From the NCBI GenBank assembly GCA_002633005.1, contig NMRA01000007.1:1576001-1640000 (forward strand): a DNA stretch of 64,000 nt, in the 5' to 3' direction. Source of the DNA: Phoronis australis. Taxonomy: Eukaryota > Animalia > Phoronida. Position numbers and translations under genes: made by a program. Positions 33,693 to 47,100 of the stretch are shown in pieces; the first letter of the stretch is position 1; every line of letters starts with the position of its first letter. The notes under the pieces are model-generated. The model saw nothing but the letters and a program-made list of their open reading frames with translations, was not told the origin of the DNA and made no database searches.

Positions 33693-36600
33693 GAAAATAG
33701 GACCGCACCGGCACAAGATGAAAGAGGGAAAATTAGCATAGCAGTTGTATCCGTAAAAGTTCAAACCGTTGCAAACGATATCAACCGTTACAAGATCAGC
33801 CAGGAAACGTCCAACATGGAGGTGGGATTTACCGCTGCTTTTGACATCAAAGGTATAACTGCAGTCAAAACAGGTCTCAATTCCAAAACTTTACCAAAGC
33901 AGTACATTTAATTAATTTAACATTAATCAGAAATTGTCTCGGATAATTTAGTGAGTTCTATGTCATAATTAACTGGCCATGGAAGTTTTATAATCAATGA
34001 AACATCAGGCCGTGTGGCGCAAGGAAGTTCTACACAGTTATCACTGATTTTTTAAGTTTCGTGTTTTGTGTTTTGGCCATGTCTCCTACAATTCTCCAAA
34101 AATGGAGTCACCGAACCAATTTTTCCGATGCAGCCCAGTAAACAGAGGCACCTCTCGCAAAACTGTGAAATTTACGTGAGTTAATGAAAAGCTACTTCTA
34201 ATTAAATTCATGATTGGAATCCATTTGAATACGAATTCATTTTGTTGTACGATGTCAGTTAGATGTTTTAACGAGTTTAATTGTAATTTACCGTTCCCTG
34301 ATTTTCTTACCTCGGGCTATGTAAACGGTTTTTTGTATTTTAAGTACCTCAAATTTTAGCGTTTACACGAAAAGTTACATCGTGAATTTTTTCTTTAATG
34401 TTTATTTTGATGCAGATCATGTTTTCTATGAAATAAGAAAAAATAAGGGTCGCTAACAAAGTTTTTACGTAATTTAGGTGAAACAGCGTCACACAAGAAT
34501 GCGCAAGTTGACCTTCCCCTAACCGCACTGATTTCAATATGACAAGTCAGTGTCCCCCGCATTTCACTAGCTAGCGACTGAAACGTTGGAATTGTGAAAT
34601 GTCTTTAGTTGATGTGAATACACTAAGACGAGATGTTTCTTCTTGAAGGGGTTCTACACAGTTTAAATTTGTGGCTGAAGTTTTCGTAAATTTTCATATT
34701 TTGCATTTCAGTCTTTTTTTCTTACTGCAAATCTGCAGTCGCCCGAGCACCTCTGGCAAAAATGTGAAATTTACCTGAGTTACTGAAAATTTTCCTCTGG
34801 TTAATCTAATGATTGAAATCCTTTTGAAAACGGATTATTTTCGTTGTACGATACCAGTTTTATGTTTTAACAAGCTTAATTGTATTTTCCGGTTTCCCGA
34901 TTTTCTCTCAGCTTGCGTCGGTGTCAGTAAATGTTTTTTTTGTGTGGAGTATGAGCTCCTCAAATTTTAGGTTTTGGCTTCTACAAAAAAGAGACTATTA
35001 TATTTTGCTTGGATGTCCATTGGAGTCACCAACTTCGTTTTTTATCTATTTGATCTCATAAAAAACCAACTGATTTCAATACTAACAATAATTCCAACAA
35101 ACCAAAAGAAGAACCAGATACCACAAACGACGGTGTGAAGCCGCCAGAATTCAAACGTTTTGAAGAAGTGTTAGGGGATCTTGCGGAAAAGGCGTGAGGT
35201 AGTTTAAACTAATCACATTGATCTTATTATGACGTCGATGCTTTTTTTACTCTACGCGCACCTTTGAAGCTGTACTACATTTGTTTTGAACCCGCATTAG
35301 GATAGATCGGGTATGTAATGAACCCATAAATAATCAGGACTGACACAGCTTCTACCATACAGAATTGCAAGCAAGCACGGATTCAGTCAGACCGCTCGGC
35401 ATTATTCTGGATCTACGCCTGCCATTTGTTCTTGACGTCGTTTACTTCAGACTTCGTAAATTGCATTTTGGAAGCGATGTTCAGGATATTCAGATTGATA
35501 TCAGAGATCAGTACACTCAGTATTCTTGTAGAAGAAATAGATGTCACGAAGCTCGACACCAGATCTATCATGTCTTCTAAGAGTGGGCTGAGAAGCGTCG
35601 ACGAACTGGAGAGGGGTGTGTCAACTCGAGGCTCCTTTCTTGACAGTGGATTCCACGTAAGGTTCAGATTTCTGTTAGATCGAATAAAGAGATATTATGC
35701 AGCATCGTTACTTCACGAATAACGTCTAACCAAAGTAGTTAAGTCCTAAGTCCGTGACCACTTTTTAACCGATAGTTGATTTGAAGACTCGGCAATCACA
35801 TCACGTAAAATTTGACAATTCATTCGTGGTGCGTGAATTGTTTTCCTTGGTCTTATCATTAAGAACATGATACCAGACTGAAATGAATGACCATGTTCAC
35901 CAACGAATGTGGTGAAACCGTAAAATTTTTGAATATGGATAAAAGTGCTCTGGGGACATGTACTGGGCTGTACAAAAAGACGGCTACTGCAACATAGCTT
36001 TTGAATTGAAATAATGTCGAGAGACAAGCTTGGTGGCATAAACAACAATTTCGTCCACATTGCATGGTGAAGTGCCAATTAAAACGGCCCATTACTTTAA
36101 TTTGGCTTACTTTATAACAGACCATTATGATGGAGTGCAGAAAGCATGTTGACAGAAATGACGCAGTTTCCATCTCGTCTCTCGCCAGTAAAACAAAGGT
36201 GCATTGTCTTTTATATAGTTAGACGTTTGCAAAAATAATGAGGTTTAAATAGAAAAAAACTCTCACATAGAAACAACGTTGTATATTTGCCCTTGAGGAG
36301 TGGTTAGTAGAACATACTTAAGGTTTTGTCTCATCAGAATGACCCACGTTTTCGTCTTCCAGACACGAGAATCATCAACACCTACACCTTCTTTGGCGAA
36401 AGATGAAGTGCCAGGCACCACTGCACAACAAACCTCTTCGACTGACGATGGCAGTATTAGGGCAAGATATGAAATGGCAGCAAAAACTGACGAACAAACC
36501 TCTTCAACTGACGTTGGACGCATTGTGACAAAAGATGAAATGCCAGTAACAACTGCAGAACAAACCTCGACTGATGATGGAAGTATTGTGGCAAAAGCTA

Positions 36601-37618
36601 AAGCAATGTTAAGCAGCATTATGGCAAAATTTAGGGATGACATAACCGCAAGATGGCATGAACGTCAGCTGAAATAAGACATCAGCACGCCTAAAGAAAT
36701 CACAGATCCTATCGAACTAAATGATGACAAAGGTGATCATGTCAAAGAGAAGGAGCTGGAGGCGACGATGACTCTAGATCCTGCAACTGTTAACACGTCG
36801 ACCACAAGTACTCCCCAAGAAAATACCATGAGGAACACTGATGAAAATATTACACGTATTGGTTCTGTAGTTCAGGCAAATGACATGGTTGAAAGCTTTT
36901 GGATAGAGAACAACCCGCTTGACGAGACCGTTAATGCATACCTTCCTGAGGTCAGAGTCCAAATGTGTGAAAACTCAGTTACCGATATGACCGATGAGCC
37001 ACTATATTTTTCTGAAGTAGACGAAAGCCAACCAACCATTAGTGCTGAGAACAGCAGGGAAACGAATATTCTGAGGGGGACAAGGTCAAAAAAGAATGTT
37101 AGGATATTTCATTAAACAGAGCTGCCATAAGTGAAGGCAGGGTCAAAATGAACTACGAATTTAATGACGTCTCGGACGTGGACGAGAGATTGGATGGTTC
37201 TCTAATTGCCATTCTGAGTGAAAGGGAATCTGTAGCAACTGACCATGAAGAAAACGAAGGTTCCGAGATAGAGGAAGCCGCGCCATCTGTTGCACAGATA
37301 ATTCGACGATTAGAAAAATGAGAATCAACAATCTTTTGAGAACATTGACTTGAATAGTGACGCACTCTGGGATGCAAACCCCCGCGACACTTCAACAAAC
37401 GCCGGAGGCTCTAATGACAAATGAAAAAGTGGCGACAACAAAAGAACAGACTACCAATTCCTCTGGTGGCCAATGATTCGTACATGAACGGCGAAGTTAC
37501 TGAAAAAGGGAGTGACGATGAAGCTCCTCCAAAAGATGATGTTAAGCTGTCGCATCACCAGAAGTTTCGGAGGTTTTCCAAAGGCCTTTTCTCTGCGTTC
37601 AAAATAAAAAACGACTGA
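33693..37618 (+). pseudogene. Disabled duplicate of the acidic-protein gene
   Basis: Homologous to 352-3748. TCA>TGA at 35195-35197, GAA>TAA at 36675-36677, a frameshift near 37065 and further stops. The acceptor of the exon matching 1407-1556 is replaced. Confidence 0.85.
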
Positions 37619-38162
37619 CAGAATTTCGCGGCCACCGTCTCTGTGCTTTGTGAAGTAAAAGAATTTTAATGACATTTAATATTTTCTGGTGAAGGTGTTC
37701 CTATGTGAGGTTTTGTATTTTGTTACAGATTTTTTATTTGGTGAGCCTGTGAGAATCAACAAGCTTTTAGACATATGCAAATGGTTCCGCTGAGTTCAGT
37801 CAGAATGTGCATGAAAATAAAATTACTGTTGCCGAGGGGTTATTGTCGCACTATTTATTAGTAAGACCTGTTAGCATTAGTTCCATTGGGCCTGACCCAT
37901 AATGCACCCCTTCTTCCTGTAAGGTGTTAGTGTGTTTAGACAATAGAATTTTACTATGACCTATGTCGTCTGATTATAAAGTAATCACACCTCATCCAAT
38001 AATATAACAGTTATATCTCGCTGGAAAGTGCAGGGCAGCAACTTGAATAACTATATTTCATTCCAGATGTAAAATGAATATCACATACCTGTCGATTCGA
38101 TACATACATACTATACGAGTCACGTTTTCTCATTTATATTAAATGCCATTTAAGAGTTTACA

Positions 38163-41100
38163 TTATGCAACAGTTATTTTTTCCAAAAATTCAACTTCTG
38201 TCTCAACTTTCGTTAGTTTCACATGGTCTTCTTCACTTGAATAGTCACTAGAATCGTCCTTCGTAGTTGGAAGTTCCCTCTTGTACAACCATCTTCCCCA
38301 AATTGACAAGAGAAACACTTCGAAAGCCAGCAGAGAGTTATGAAGAACTGCAACAAAGAGTTTGTGTCCACTGAACGGTGGTGTTAATGCGTCCAAGTAA
38401 TAGGCACTTATTTCCTTTAAGCATAATGTTAGACTTCTTTCCTTTAAGCATAATGTTAGTGTTCTTTCCTTTAAGCATAATGTTGGTCGGTTTTGAATAG
38501 TTTTTTATAATAAGATTAGAAACCTCTCCCGTAAACGTTAGTCTCTGTCTAGCCCAATTGTCAAGTAAAAAGCGAAAGCAAAAAGTACAAGAATAACTGA
38601 TTATTATTCTTAATATAGTAAACATGCATGTCTTGTCACCATTAGTTACTGGTAGAGGTTTTATTATACAGGAATAAAACGAATAACTTCAAGTTATTCA
38701 GTTGAAAAGTTTTTAGACGAAGCATTCCAGTTGAAAAGTTTTTAGACGTTTCAACTTCTAGTCTTAGGTAGTATATTGGGTTGCAAAGATTTTCGTTACT
38801 TTCACGTTTTCCAGTCCTATAAGTATACGACCTTGTTCCAACGTCGTGTTACAACATTCAACACAGTGTGGTCATTAGTCGTTTTACATTACCGTGCTCT
38901 CTGCACTGTTACCACTAACCTATAGCGCGACCTGCAGGTGAAAATGGCGCAGCACACGGTATCCTGCCCGTCATCGCCACCATGCCGATAATGAACGACT
39001 GCAGCCTGGTACAGCACAGCATTATGGGAAATATGGCAAACTTGCCCATGGGCTTGAAACCATCCAGGGAAAACCTCACTCCTGTTAGCAGTATGTTGAG
39101 AGTGTACAGACCCAAAAGTTTTGATCCGCCAGTAAACAGGGCGAACCAAAATTGAGCGTTTTTAACTCCAATCTAAAAATACAAAGTTATGAAGATCGTA
39201 AATTATACATCATTCTGATGTCTTCCAGATATAATAAAACAATAACTAACCAATGAACTTGACCTAACCTGGCAAGACAACTACACGACCTCGTTTTCTG
39301 AACTACCCTTTTAAACAGTAACATAGATTACAAACGAGGGATTCACAAAGTTTAGCCCCCCGTCAATAAATGAACGCTCGTGGTACTTTTTTCTGTTGTC
39401 ATTTTGTGACGACGCACACTGGCGGTAGTTCATCATTGCCAGAGTCTACACTCTTTCTCAATGCCACGAGAGGTCGGGGTAGCATTGCGGATTAATCGTG
39501 TAATACAGCTTTTCATTTGTTAACAGAACGAATTAACACATTCCAAGTGGTTGAAAATAACATTCAAACGATCCATTGGCTGATGCTGAGAAATATTCTT
39601 TATCTAAACGCGAGACCATGGTGTCGTCCACTATCTTGAGCATTTGGTAGAGTAAACACACCAATTCAAGTGCGTTTCCATATACAAGTGGACGAGGGAG
39701 TAAGGCATGTCAAAACCGACATTTTTCGATAGATTTCGACTGGGTTGTCAAAAGATTGGAATTAAATCATTCCAAACATATTCAGGATTGTCATAAACTC
39801 ATTTTTGTTCCCGTGAGATGTTGATGTTGTCGGTAATAATGCGGCAATATCAGCCACGTTATCACGAAATCCATCCATGATCATAATGATAGCTAGCCAT
39901 CGATACAAATGCAGGTCTTAAAATTATTTCATTTGAGGCCACAATGTCATTACACTCACAATCCCATCGATTGATCAGCGAAACCAAAATTCGAATGATA
40001 AAAGCCAATTCCATGAAGTATTTTCAAACAACCTCTCAGCATGCACGTAAATGTATTATCCATCGCTGTTTTCACCATTTATTTCACAAATCGACTTGTT
40101 TACTCGACGATCTAATGATTAACCGGCGCTACTGCGCACGCACTACACATGTCACTCCAATTCGAAACCGTGGACTCGTGCGTTTCAGAAATGTCTTTGT
40201 GGTTGGTGACTGCTGCACAAAATCAGACTAAATCGATGTGCTCGTGATAAGATTACAAGATATGAAAAAACAACAAAATGAATTATTTTACCTTTCTAGC
40301 TCATTATAGATATGTTTACAACAAACGTACAAACGAACATGCGCATTGATGTCGACATACGGAATTCCGTGTCGTTCGGATTCATCAATTCACAGGGCCA
40401 CAATTTCCACACAGTTGACGCTGTGAATATAGAGTGAGGCCCATGAGAAATCTGTATTTAAACACTCGTCGACAAAATCGTACCTCGTCACTGAGACGTA
40501 ATGTTCCATTTCAGGGTAAATTACTTATTTAGTTATATCCAGAAGTTTTAGAGTTTGCTTGCCATCGTATTGTCAAGGGCGTACCCATTAAAACTTGTTC
40601 CTAAGAGTCCCCTTTTATTCACTGGCAGTAGTGAGTATAGCGAGGTCCCGCATGACATTCATGAACGTGGCTAAAAAGTAAGGTAAAGACGTCGAACTTA
40701 CCCCGCCAGGGAGATGACTTCCGTCGTTCCAAAGAAGAATTGCCATTATTAAAACAATGGCATGGACTAAAGGTGACTGTAATATGGATAGCTTGATCAC
40801 CAATAAGTTTCGTCTGAAATCAAATGGTCAAAATTCACAATGAGATGGACCAAAAATGTTAAACATGTATTATAAGACAAAGTATTTTTACTATTGCAGA
40901 ATCTGCACACTGAGTGCGCCGCGTATTGATGTATATTTATTACTTACCGTAACACCTCGCGGCACGTTCGAGACAAAAAAATTGCGAGAAAATTCGAGAC
41001 CGCGACAGTTTTCACTATGAAAACCCAGCATTGGTTCTTCAGCACCCAATCTCAGTGCATTGCGAGTGTTTACGACAAAAATGCGAGGCCCCGCTTTTGA

Positions 41101-44100
41101 AGTGACATATTGGAGCCTTCCTCGCGAATGGCTGTAATTTCAATACATCGCAGATAGTCGCAGCACAGTGGGACGCGACTTTACGGCAGTTGTTAGTACG
41201 ATTTCAAAAACTGAACACAAACCAAATGGGAACCTACTGAGTAAAAACCCTTTGGACATTATTGTGTTGATGCATGTTTTGGCCATAGCTGCCCATTTCT
41301 GCCCGTCCCCATCCCGTTTCTTTCCAATGTTAAAGATATTCTTTCCGTTTCTTTTGAGCCAAAAACTTCATAAAAAGAGTTTGACTCCGAACCAATCTAC
41401 TTTAAACTTATTCTCAAACGATGCTGTTTCAATACATATTCAAATATTTTCAAAATAACAAGTATACGGAATTTTCAAAATAATTTTGGAATTTCTGGTT
41501 ATGAACTAACAAAATGACCGCTACAGTAAACATGGAACGAAGTTTACTTGTTGTGAATTGCGGGCAAAACGCTAATATTGTAGGACTTAAATTTGCGAAA
41601 TGTTTTAATTTTAATTATGCCTTTCGATGATTGGTATAATCAGTTCCGTCTTCTAAACTGGTGTAACTGGGCTCTTCCTTTGAAGCATAATATTCAGTTC
41701 TCTGAATACTCACCTCGTGAACCGAACATTCGGCAGACAACAGCAGCAACAGCAGCAGGGACCGGCCATCATCTTCATTTGACTCGTGTCTCCAAGTTTG
41801 TCACACGTGACGTCTTCACCACCCATATAGTCTAATATGAGGTTTGTGAACTTGTATTGTATTATTGCATAATACCTGCAGGTAATACAACCAGATTTAA
41901 TGTAACGTGAAGGAATGGTTCGACGTTTTAACGTGCTTGCAACTGAGCAAAAACATTAAGTGAGCGTTATTAATTTCCAAATTTCCAAAGGAAAATTTAT
42001 CAAACCTTTGAGAGAGACTCCAAGGACTTATTTCCTGATGAATGAATTTCGAGCCATTATCGAAGAAAGGCCATGACAAACGATTTTGTTTTTTGAAAAA
42101 CGAGATATTCCATTCCCGTAGCCAAGGGGCGTGCGACGTGTACAAAAGCACAACACACGGGCAGCAGCGGTACGCTCAAGGAATCAAACACTGGTAGTTC
42201 AGGTTCGCGTCAGTCAGGGCCAGAACAAAATCGTCCCTAAACCTGACTCAAAAAGTAATTTAGCATCTGGCTTGCTCCTAATTTCTAAGAAATTGAGAAA
42301 TTGAAAATACGTTGAGGTATTAAAAGTGCAATTCACAGTGTTGTCTTCAACCGTACTGCAGTACTGATGAAAAAGTTGCTTCCAACTTACACAAATGTGT
42401 TTGGCCAGTAGGAAATTTCTGGCAATTTAATGTGTGTCTTAGAAATATTGGACATCGGCCTGAAACATTTAATAAATGTCTGTCCGAATGTCATTTCTTT
42501 TTCCATCCCCAAACAAGGAATTAAGGACGTCACCATATAAAAAGGATGTCAAAATTTCAAGTTCACGAATTGTAGTCATGACAACAAGAAATAAGCCATC
42601 ATCATGATTAAGCCGCACACGTGGGATGCATAGAGTGATTGGTAAATACGATCATTCCGAAAAAGTGAAACCCCTACGCCACCAATGGCCGACCCGTCCA
42701 AAACTATGGAGTGCCAAGTGACCCTTCACTTCTTTTTTGTCGGTATATTTAACCGCAGTCACGATGATGGGAACTTTGAGACAAATTTGTAGGAGCTAGT
42801 TTCGTGATTCTGATGTTTAGGTTTAAATAGGGAATGAAATGCAATTTCAACGTATTAAACAAAAGCCATTTCTATGAAACAGTGAATCCTGCCTGACTCT
42901 TATATTTCGACGTCCTTTTTTTCTTAAACCGTGTGCTTTCTCGGCAAGGGTAAGACTCATGAGGCACACACAAGGGGCCCGTTCCATTTCATGAAAACTG
43001 GCTTAAGACTTAAGACTTAGGACCAAAAATGTGTTAAAGTTAAAACAAAAATTCGGGCTAAGTTAAGACCGAAGACAGAAATTAAGTAAAGACAGTTTCA
43101 TGAACACATGAACACAAAGTCGGATTTTGGTCTTAGGTCTTAACTCAGGTGACATAGGTGCAACGAGCATACAAACTACGCTTTCGCCACCTTTTGTGAA
43201 TTCACACAACTAAGAGCGGTCCTGCGTGTGTGAAAGACGGTTTCAAGAATAAGCTTACATTTTGGATATAACTGGGATTTCGTTTACTTGAGAATACTCT
43301 GGCATGGCTGGAAAATATCATTTCATATGTGCCAATAAGACATACTGCATTGTCACTATGAACCGAAAGCAAACGTTACTCAATTTGACATAGTTTAGGG
43401 ACCTCAGATTGCTAAAAAAATATTAACAAAATTTATTCCTCAACAGTTTACAGGAGTCCTAAATTTTGGTCATTTAGACTCCAGTAAAACAGAAAAGGTT
43501 TCATGAAACGGGCTCCAGAGTATCCAGAACATCACACTGTACACATTAAAGGAGCATGCCACCCAAAAAACAACCTAATTTGTATCAATTTAGCTCGAGT
43601 AGTTCTACTCCATAACGACACGCACGGTTGCGTTACCTGACACCTGACGGCAGACGGAGGTGTTGAAATTATCCAATGACGTTATCGGTTTCACACGCAG
43701 TCTGTTCAACAGTTCACAACACGGGTTACTGGTGTCAGCTTATCGCTTGAAGTCGTAGTTTAACACCAACAAATCATCAAACTTCGATGTAAAACCCTTA
43801 AAAATACACCGTTATAAAAACGTGTTGTTTTATTTCGCTCTTATGGATTTATTGGTATTTGGACACACCGTAGCCTACAAACTTCGGCAGGCCAATAAGG
43901 TCCGTAGCAGGAGTTTGGGGTCTGCTCGGAGATAATTTCGAAGTATTTTCCGTGAGATACAGACAGGAGAACCTAGATCTGTGTTGTTTAGACTTGTGAT
44001 TTTTTTAGTTCTAAACACAAAACGCTCGTTATCCTGACCAGTGGCTCGGAGCCCGATCAGACATCACGAACATAAACCGGACAAAGTTCAGTGGAAACTA

Positions 44101-47100
44101 AACTTCCAGTCAAGAAAATACTATACTAGTGAGCCAAAGTAATGTGCACGTGATTATGTTGGTGAATTAGCCACGAAACTGCAAATCTACTTACTCGTCG
44201 GGGGCCGCGAATTCAGGTTCCGCTTTGGTCACAGCACCGTCAGGGCAGAAGTCGTACATTGACAATCATTATTTGAGTAATCATGTGATGTAAATGTAAA
44301 TAAAGATTCCCCTAACACCTGGCCGTGGGATGGAAATCGAGTTGTTTCACAACAGTTTCTGCCAGCAAACACTAAATTAGCATGAGCTCACACGGCCTAC
44401 CCGTCAATTAGATTTATTGCACTTCAAAAGCCGGTAACGCAGTGATTTATTCATTGCTGGCTTCTCAAATCATTTGCACTCACGAACACTGCAAAGGCAT
44501 TACAAATTGCATCTAATGAGACAGACTTTGTTTCAGTTTTATAAAAGTATTGGTTAGGGTGAGAATAATTCATTTTGAAACAGAACGCTCAGTAATCATA
44601 AACGCCAACATGGCAACTCGCAATCCCGACTTTGGACGAGCTCTGAGAGCTCATCAGTCCCGACTTCGCAGGTGGATCGTTAAGTTTTACAGGCTATCAA
44701 TTTGAACAGGAATACAGTGATCAAGAAATACTAGAGAGGCGCCGTGAACAAGCTCAGACAACGGAACGTATGCAGTTATTTGGTAAGCCGACCGGCATTC
44801 CTCAGGCACTGTCGACGTATGCAGGCCACAGACACGGAGATGTTTCACGGCCTCATACTTGCTATTTACAGCATACATTTCATTCTTCACTGCCATGACC
44901 CACTTCCTAAGCACTCTCGAGGAAGTAAAAAAAACGATATACCCGCTTTCCTCGCAGCTGCTTAGTTCGGACAAGCGGGAACGATGCACCGCAACATAGT
45001 GGCATTCACTCTGCATATGAACCACTGACGTCGCTGGCGTCGTTTCTCACCTTCCTAACAGGTTAACGCGACACCTCTTGGCAAGGTAAGGTCGACCGTA
45101 TGCGAGGCGATGTGGATATAGACCGATTAAGGCGGCAAAAAAGACTAATTAAATCGGGTGGCATTCTCCTTTAAGAGACATGCGTATGTCAAATGTATTT
45201 ACTCTTTCAATTTCTTGGAAATTAAGGGCTAAACCAACACGTACATTTAATTTTTGAGTACTTAAATTTTCATTCTGAAGGATCTGTGACTGCGTGACGT
45301 GAACGACGGATGACCTGAATAGTGGTCAATTGCCAACGACACAGGCGGGGTGAGAGCAAGGCTGAAGGTTCTCTTATCACAACTTTGCCGTGTTGCAAAA
45401 GCTGACTACGGATTTTGGAAACGAAATAATTTCAGTGTGGGACGGTTAGATCAAGTAAAAGCTCATTGCCATTGCACTGAAATGCTTTTGTTCGTAAACA
45501 ACGGATCTTAATTGGCAATAATAAGATATGGTCGAAAGTACTTGCATGGAACCGACGAAATCACAGGTCGTTGCACCTCTAGGAATTAGAACAGCCAGCA
45601 ACGATAGTATGGCGAATACCTGGAGAAGAAAACAAACATCTAATGAAAACATGAAACAGATAATTTCATTAAAGTCGTACTACTTCCTCAAACAACCGAT
45701 ACGTGGCAGAATACTATAACAGTTGTTAACTCAGAGCACCGTTATGGATTCAAATCACGCTACAACAATTACTATTTCCATAAGCAACCGACCCTGAGCA
45801 TGGATGCACCGATGAATGTATCAATTAGGAGTTTTTTGGGGGAATTTAGCATACGTCTACCTCCACTTGTTCATTAACAATTCATGTCTGGGGGAACTTT
45901 CTAATCGCTCTCGTGTACGCACCTTTTGAGAAAACTATTATAGCTCGCGAGTTTTGCCAAAATGCTTTTATGACCAAATTTTTTTCTCAAATTCAACCAA
46001 AAATGAATCGAAGTAAGTTTTGACTGGAAAACCACTAGATTGGTTTGAAGAATGTACGTACTGGATAAGTCGACACCATACACAAGGTCAAAGCTTTCCT
46101 CGACGAGCTTTGCCGAGCTTTCACGGTGTAGATAAGAGTATCCAGCGAGACGACCAGGCACAGAATGACGGACAATGAGCAGATGACAAACAGCGCAACA
46201 TCTCCCCCTTTCCACACTGAAATAAATTGAGTATTTTGAAAACTCTGCTGCACACACCTTATTATGAGCATAAAATTACGAAACATCATTGTGTTCCTTT
46301 TGAAAACTTGTCCGTTTCACTTGTTTTGTGTTGGAATACACTAGTGGATAATGAAGTCGTCGACAAAAATGCTCGCGTGAATCAGGAAGTCATTGATAGA
46401 ATTCAGATAACCGTCGAATGACGTCACTAAGGTATGAACTCACTTAGCTATAGACATAGGTGGATTTAGGGGGGCCCCATCCGCCCCCTTGGCTGCGGCA
46501 AAAAAAAATAAAACAGCAAGAATGTAGGGAAAAGTTGAGTTTATTAATTAACCCCGGTAATTAAAATCATACGGATGAAACAAGATTTGAATGTGTCCAG
46601 TTTTAGTGTTGNACAGCGCATTCGTAACTGAACTGTGGCTAAATATAGAGAATCACTCAGAAACTCGTAATTCTTTCTATGTCAAACCTTAACTTAAGAC
46701 GATTTTCAAAGCAATCCCGTCATTATTGCCAACATGAAAAACGGATCTGGTCTTTTGGGCATTTGAAGACTATTTTAAATACAACAAATTTGTTAAGAAC
46801 CGATTGCACAAAATATAAAACGTGTAATAAGTATTACAAAAACAAGTAGGTTTCGCGCGCAAACGCTGTACAGACCATAAACAAGTAGGTCTCTTAGTAC
46901 AATATTAGTAGATAAATCGTGGTGGTGTAGTGGAAAAGCGCGCGCGCTCTATCCGCCCGGTCGTGAGTCCGAGTCTGTGGTACCTCCAGTTTTTCCTGTT
47001 GGACACGTTATCCGTGTTTTTGTTTTTTTGCCTTTTTTTCTTGGATAATACTTCAGGAATCAAGGAAAATGCTTGATTTTTAGAGGAAAAAACAGAAAAA

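Noticed and set aside
46612-46612. Single N bases here and at 59976
   Set aside because: These are assembly ambiguities or gaps rather than biology, but they limit confidence in adjacent element boundaries and in the NT5C1A-like start exon.
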